DNA from: Selaginella moellendorffii
Lineage: Eukaryota; Plantae; Lycopodiophyta
Reading direction: 5' to 3'
Length of the DNA: 64,000 nt
Assembly: GCF_000143415.4 (NCBI RefSeq)
Contig: NW_003314337.1
Location: 817,437 to 881,436, forward strand
Part shown: positions 61,308 to 64,000 of the stretch, in pieces
Layout of the letters: every line of letters starts with the position of its first letter
How positions within the stretch are numbered: the stretch's first letter is position 1
Notes under the pieces: generated by a model
Told to the model about the DNA's origin: nothing
What the model saw: the letters and a program-made list of their open reading frames with translations, nothing else
The model's database searches: none
Position numbers and translations under genes: made by a program

Positions 61308-63084
61308 AATCCGGCGAGATCGCTGAACGTGTATGTACATTCCCCATGTCCCAATGGGACTAATACAAAAAATGGGCGTGCCGCCCTCTCCATGAGCTAC
61401 TCTACGTGATCCTCATATGCCGCAGCTAGACCTAGTCCTGGAGTAGAAGTGGACGTGGTCGTCTCGAGCGAATCATGTCGATGTCCAAGTCTCCCCCACG
61501 AGCTGACCTTAGAACAGAGTCTGGGGGGCGCCATTGCCAGCGAATCTCGCCACCTCCCAATTTGCCGAAGCATGGGAGCCACCTAGATCTCCACTCCTCG
61601 AGCTGCCTCGGTTTCGCCCGCTCTTTCAGGATGGTGTAGTGAAGACGCACCGCTGCAAGAGTGAGTCTCCACCATGATGCCACCACTGCCGATATTCTCG
61701 CTTGTTGCCCATCAAAGCGACAGTGGTTCCGCGCCTCCCAAAGTGCCTGCAGTCCTGTTGCCCTCCAAATGGACCAGCGCTCTTGGCCCAACGCCTCCCA
61801 GATGGACATCCCAACTTCAGCCCCTGTCACGTCCCACCGGACTCGCATGTTCCATCGGTGCCGTCCGTAGCAGCGAATACGCCTCCAAGCTGGACCAATG
61901 GCTGGGCCTCTGGCTCCCTCAAACCAGTGGAGGATATCCCCACTCCGAGCCTCAAACTCTGGAATGTCTCCGAGTTCCTGCGTCGCCTTGAAGATCTGTC
62001 GCCAAACTTCTCTCGCCACGTCGCATTCCCATAGGACATGTCGCGCTGTCTCCAACTCGCCACACTCCTTGCACCGTCGGCATGCTTCTTCCTGGAACCG
62101 CTGTCCTACCGGCAGCCCGTTATTTGCCACCAACCAAGAGGTGGCCTTGACTTTCTCCTGTACCGGTAGTTTCCAGAACGCAAGCGTGTTGCCCACCACC
62201 TGATTTGCTTCAACTCCTTGCTCGATCCATTTCTTCCAGAGCTTGGGGATCTCCCCTCGGGCCTCCTCCCTGCTGGTCAAGAGACCATCCCTTGCTTCCT
62301 TGACGCCGAAGGAGAAGAAGCTCCTCGCTCCTCGTTTCCATGCTGCGGGGTCCCAATCCAGATCCTCGATGAGCTGCTGTCGCCACCATCTAAGAATGCC
62401 TTCCCCTTCTAGTGCAGCCAACGATTGAACCACCACCGATTGTTTCGGAGCCTGTCGTATTACTCGAATCCTACCCTTGACCTCGTCATCCGTCACCATC
62501 GGCATGACCTGTTCGTCCCCTGCTGGCAACAGCATGTCGCCTCTCAAGACTCGAAAAGGACACCCAACATTTTGGTCTGGAGACACAACGAACCATACCT
62601 CCACATCCCTGTCCTCCCAAGCTGGTGTTGGGGCCGTAAACGCCCGTGTCCAGGCCCCCAAGCTAACTCGTTCCCTGTCTGACTCCACGTCCCGTTGCAG
62701 AGCCACAAAGTCTCCAGATTTGAGACAACGCCTAGGCCAGAGCTGCCCCTGCTTCGCCTCACTCACTGCTCTGATAATGCGAAGAAGATCAAGGTGGACT
62801 TTCCTCCACCGTCCCGGGTTAAAGACCTGCATATGTCTCGTAGTCTTCCTCCTGTCCTTGTCCAGGACCCGCACCAGCTGCTTGAGAGTTCGGAAGCCTG
62901 CGCTATGTAGCTTTCTCCAGATTGTGTAGTGGTCCTCCCTGCCCAGTGTCCTTTCATCCAGTTTGAAGAGGTCGTTGAAGAACAGGGGCTGGTTCAGCCA
63001 GTCCTCCGCTCGCCCTGGCAATTCCCTACTGACTGGAAACGCGCTCCATAACCGGAGAAGCCCCTGGACTAGAGTGCCGCCCTA
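61308..63084 (-). mobile_element. LINE A copy 4, 5'-truncated (1.8 kb), open ORF2 C-terminus
   Basis: ORF 61432-63021 is nearly identical to the A2 C-terminus. Confidence 0.93.
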
Positions 63085-63972
63085 AATCCGGCGAGATCGC
63101 TAAACATGTATGTACATTACCCCAATCCCAAAGGGATCAAAACAACATTGAGAGCGCACTCTCGAAGAGACTAGTGAAACTATGAGCGCGAACGCCCGGC
63201 GCTGCTCTTGGGCCGTCCGCCTCCCAGGTGACTCCACCGCGGAGCTTGAAGCCACTTGCTTCGCCTTGCCACTCCTCCACTCGGTCACAATGATGACAAG
63301 CCAGACGAACACCATGTCGATCTAGCTCGATGTCGTCGCAGCCAAGTGGTCCAACTCGACCACGATGACCCGGCGTTGCTCATGGGTCACTCGCCTCCAA
63401 GGTGACTCCACTGCACAAGCTGAAGCCACCTGTTACGCCCCAAGACGTGATGCTGTGTCTTGGAGCGCCTACCTCCCCAGTGTACTTCCAGCACTAAGTC
63501 GGTGCCCATTACGAACAAACTCCAAGGCGTAGAACAAGCGAGGTGTGAGCCTCCTCCAGCTCTAGACTAGAGCGTGCTACCTTGCCTCCCACACTAGACA
63601 AGTGCGCTGGCCCCCTTCAATGATATACGAGCCCCCGTTGCCGGCATCGCGACAATCACAAGACTTGCAAGCCTCCGCAAACCTCCTCAAAGGACTAGCC
63701 CTGAAGCAAGAACCATGTGGGATCCCCTCCGCGAGCAAACCAGCTCGGCCATCCGCCACTGGCCCCCTTTGTGACAGCACTTCCCTGTCACTAGATCCAA
63801 AAATGCGCCCATAGTGTCTTCCACGTCCATCCACCGCGGACACTTCGCTATGTCGGGATGTCGTCCCGAACTGTCCTCCACCAGTCAACAAAGTTCCCAT
63901 GACTTGGTCGTGTTTCCACGACTCAAGTCGCCAAGAACCTCCGACACATGCAGCTTCACGCTCTCCGTACTA
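63085..63972 (-). mobile_element. Element B copy 5, 5'-truncated
   Basis: Homology to B stops at CCGTAC. Confidence 0.9.
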
Positions 63973-64000
63973 AATCCGGCGAGATCGCTAAACATGTATG
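63973..64000 (-). mobile_element. 3' terminus of the next unit (B-type), running off the window
   Basis: AATCCGGCGAGATCGCTAAACATGTATG. Confidence 0.8.

Overview
Plant nuclear repetitive DNA, with TTTAGGG repeats, tRNA-iMet-type primer-binding sites (PBS) and very short 47-57 nt GT-AG introns; a non-seed plant such as a Selaginella-type lycophyte is my inference. I see no host genes: the window is essentially all mobile DNA. (1) 1-18249 is a nest of chromovirus-type Ty3/gypsy LTR elements: an autonomous gag-pol copy with two spliceosomal introns in its integrase, two non-coding LTR families, and a ~3.4 kb inversion shown by a displaced target-site duplication (TSD). (2) 18247-64000 is a strictly head-to-tail, same-strand array of 11 non-LTR units: 4 copies of an APE-RT LINE ('A') and 7 of a ~1.7 kb non-autonomous partner ('B'). 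The units end in the same poly(A)-less 3' terminus (+ strand AATCCGGCGAGATCGCT, seen at 10 junctions) and are variably 5'-truncated, like Drosophila HeT-A/TART telomeric arrays. (3) Inserted in the array are a young 7.65 kb non-coding LTR element and a 13.9 kb terminal-inverted-repeat (TIR) DNA transposon with a Sola-like DDE transposase. The transposon carries a divergent intron-rich cargo gene (ParB-like, degenerate DNA-methyltransferase-like, acidic and FCP1-like regions) and about 30 dispersed copies of a 22-bp palindrome seen nowhere else in the window. Domain calls are by-eye motif recognition, not database searches.
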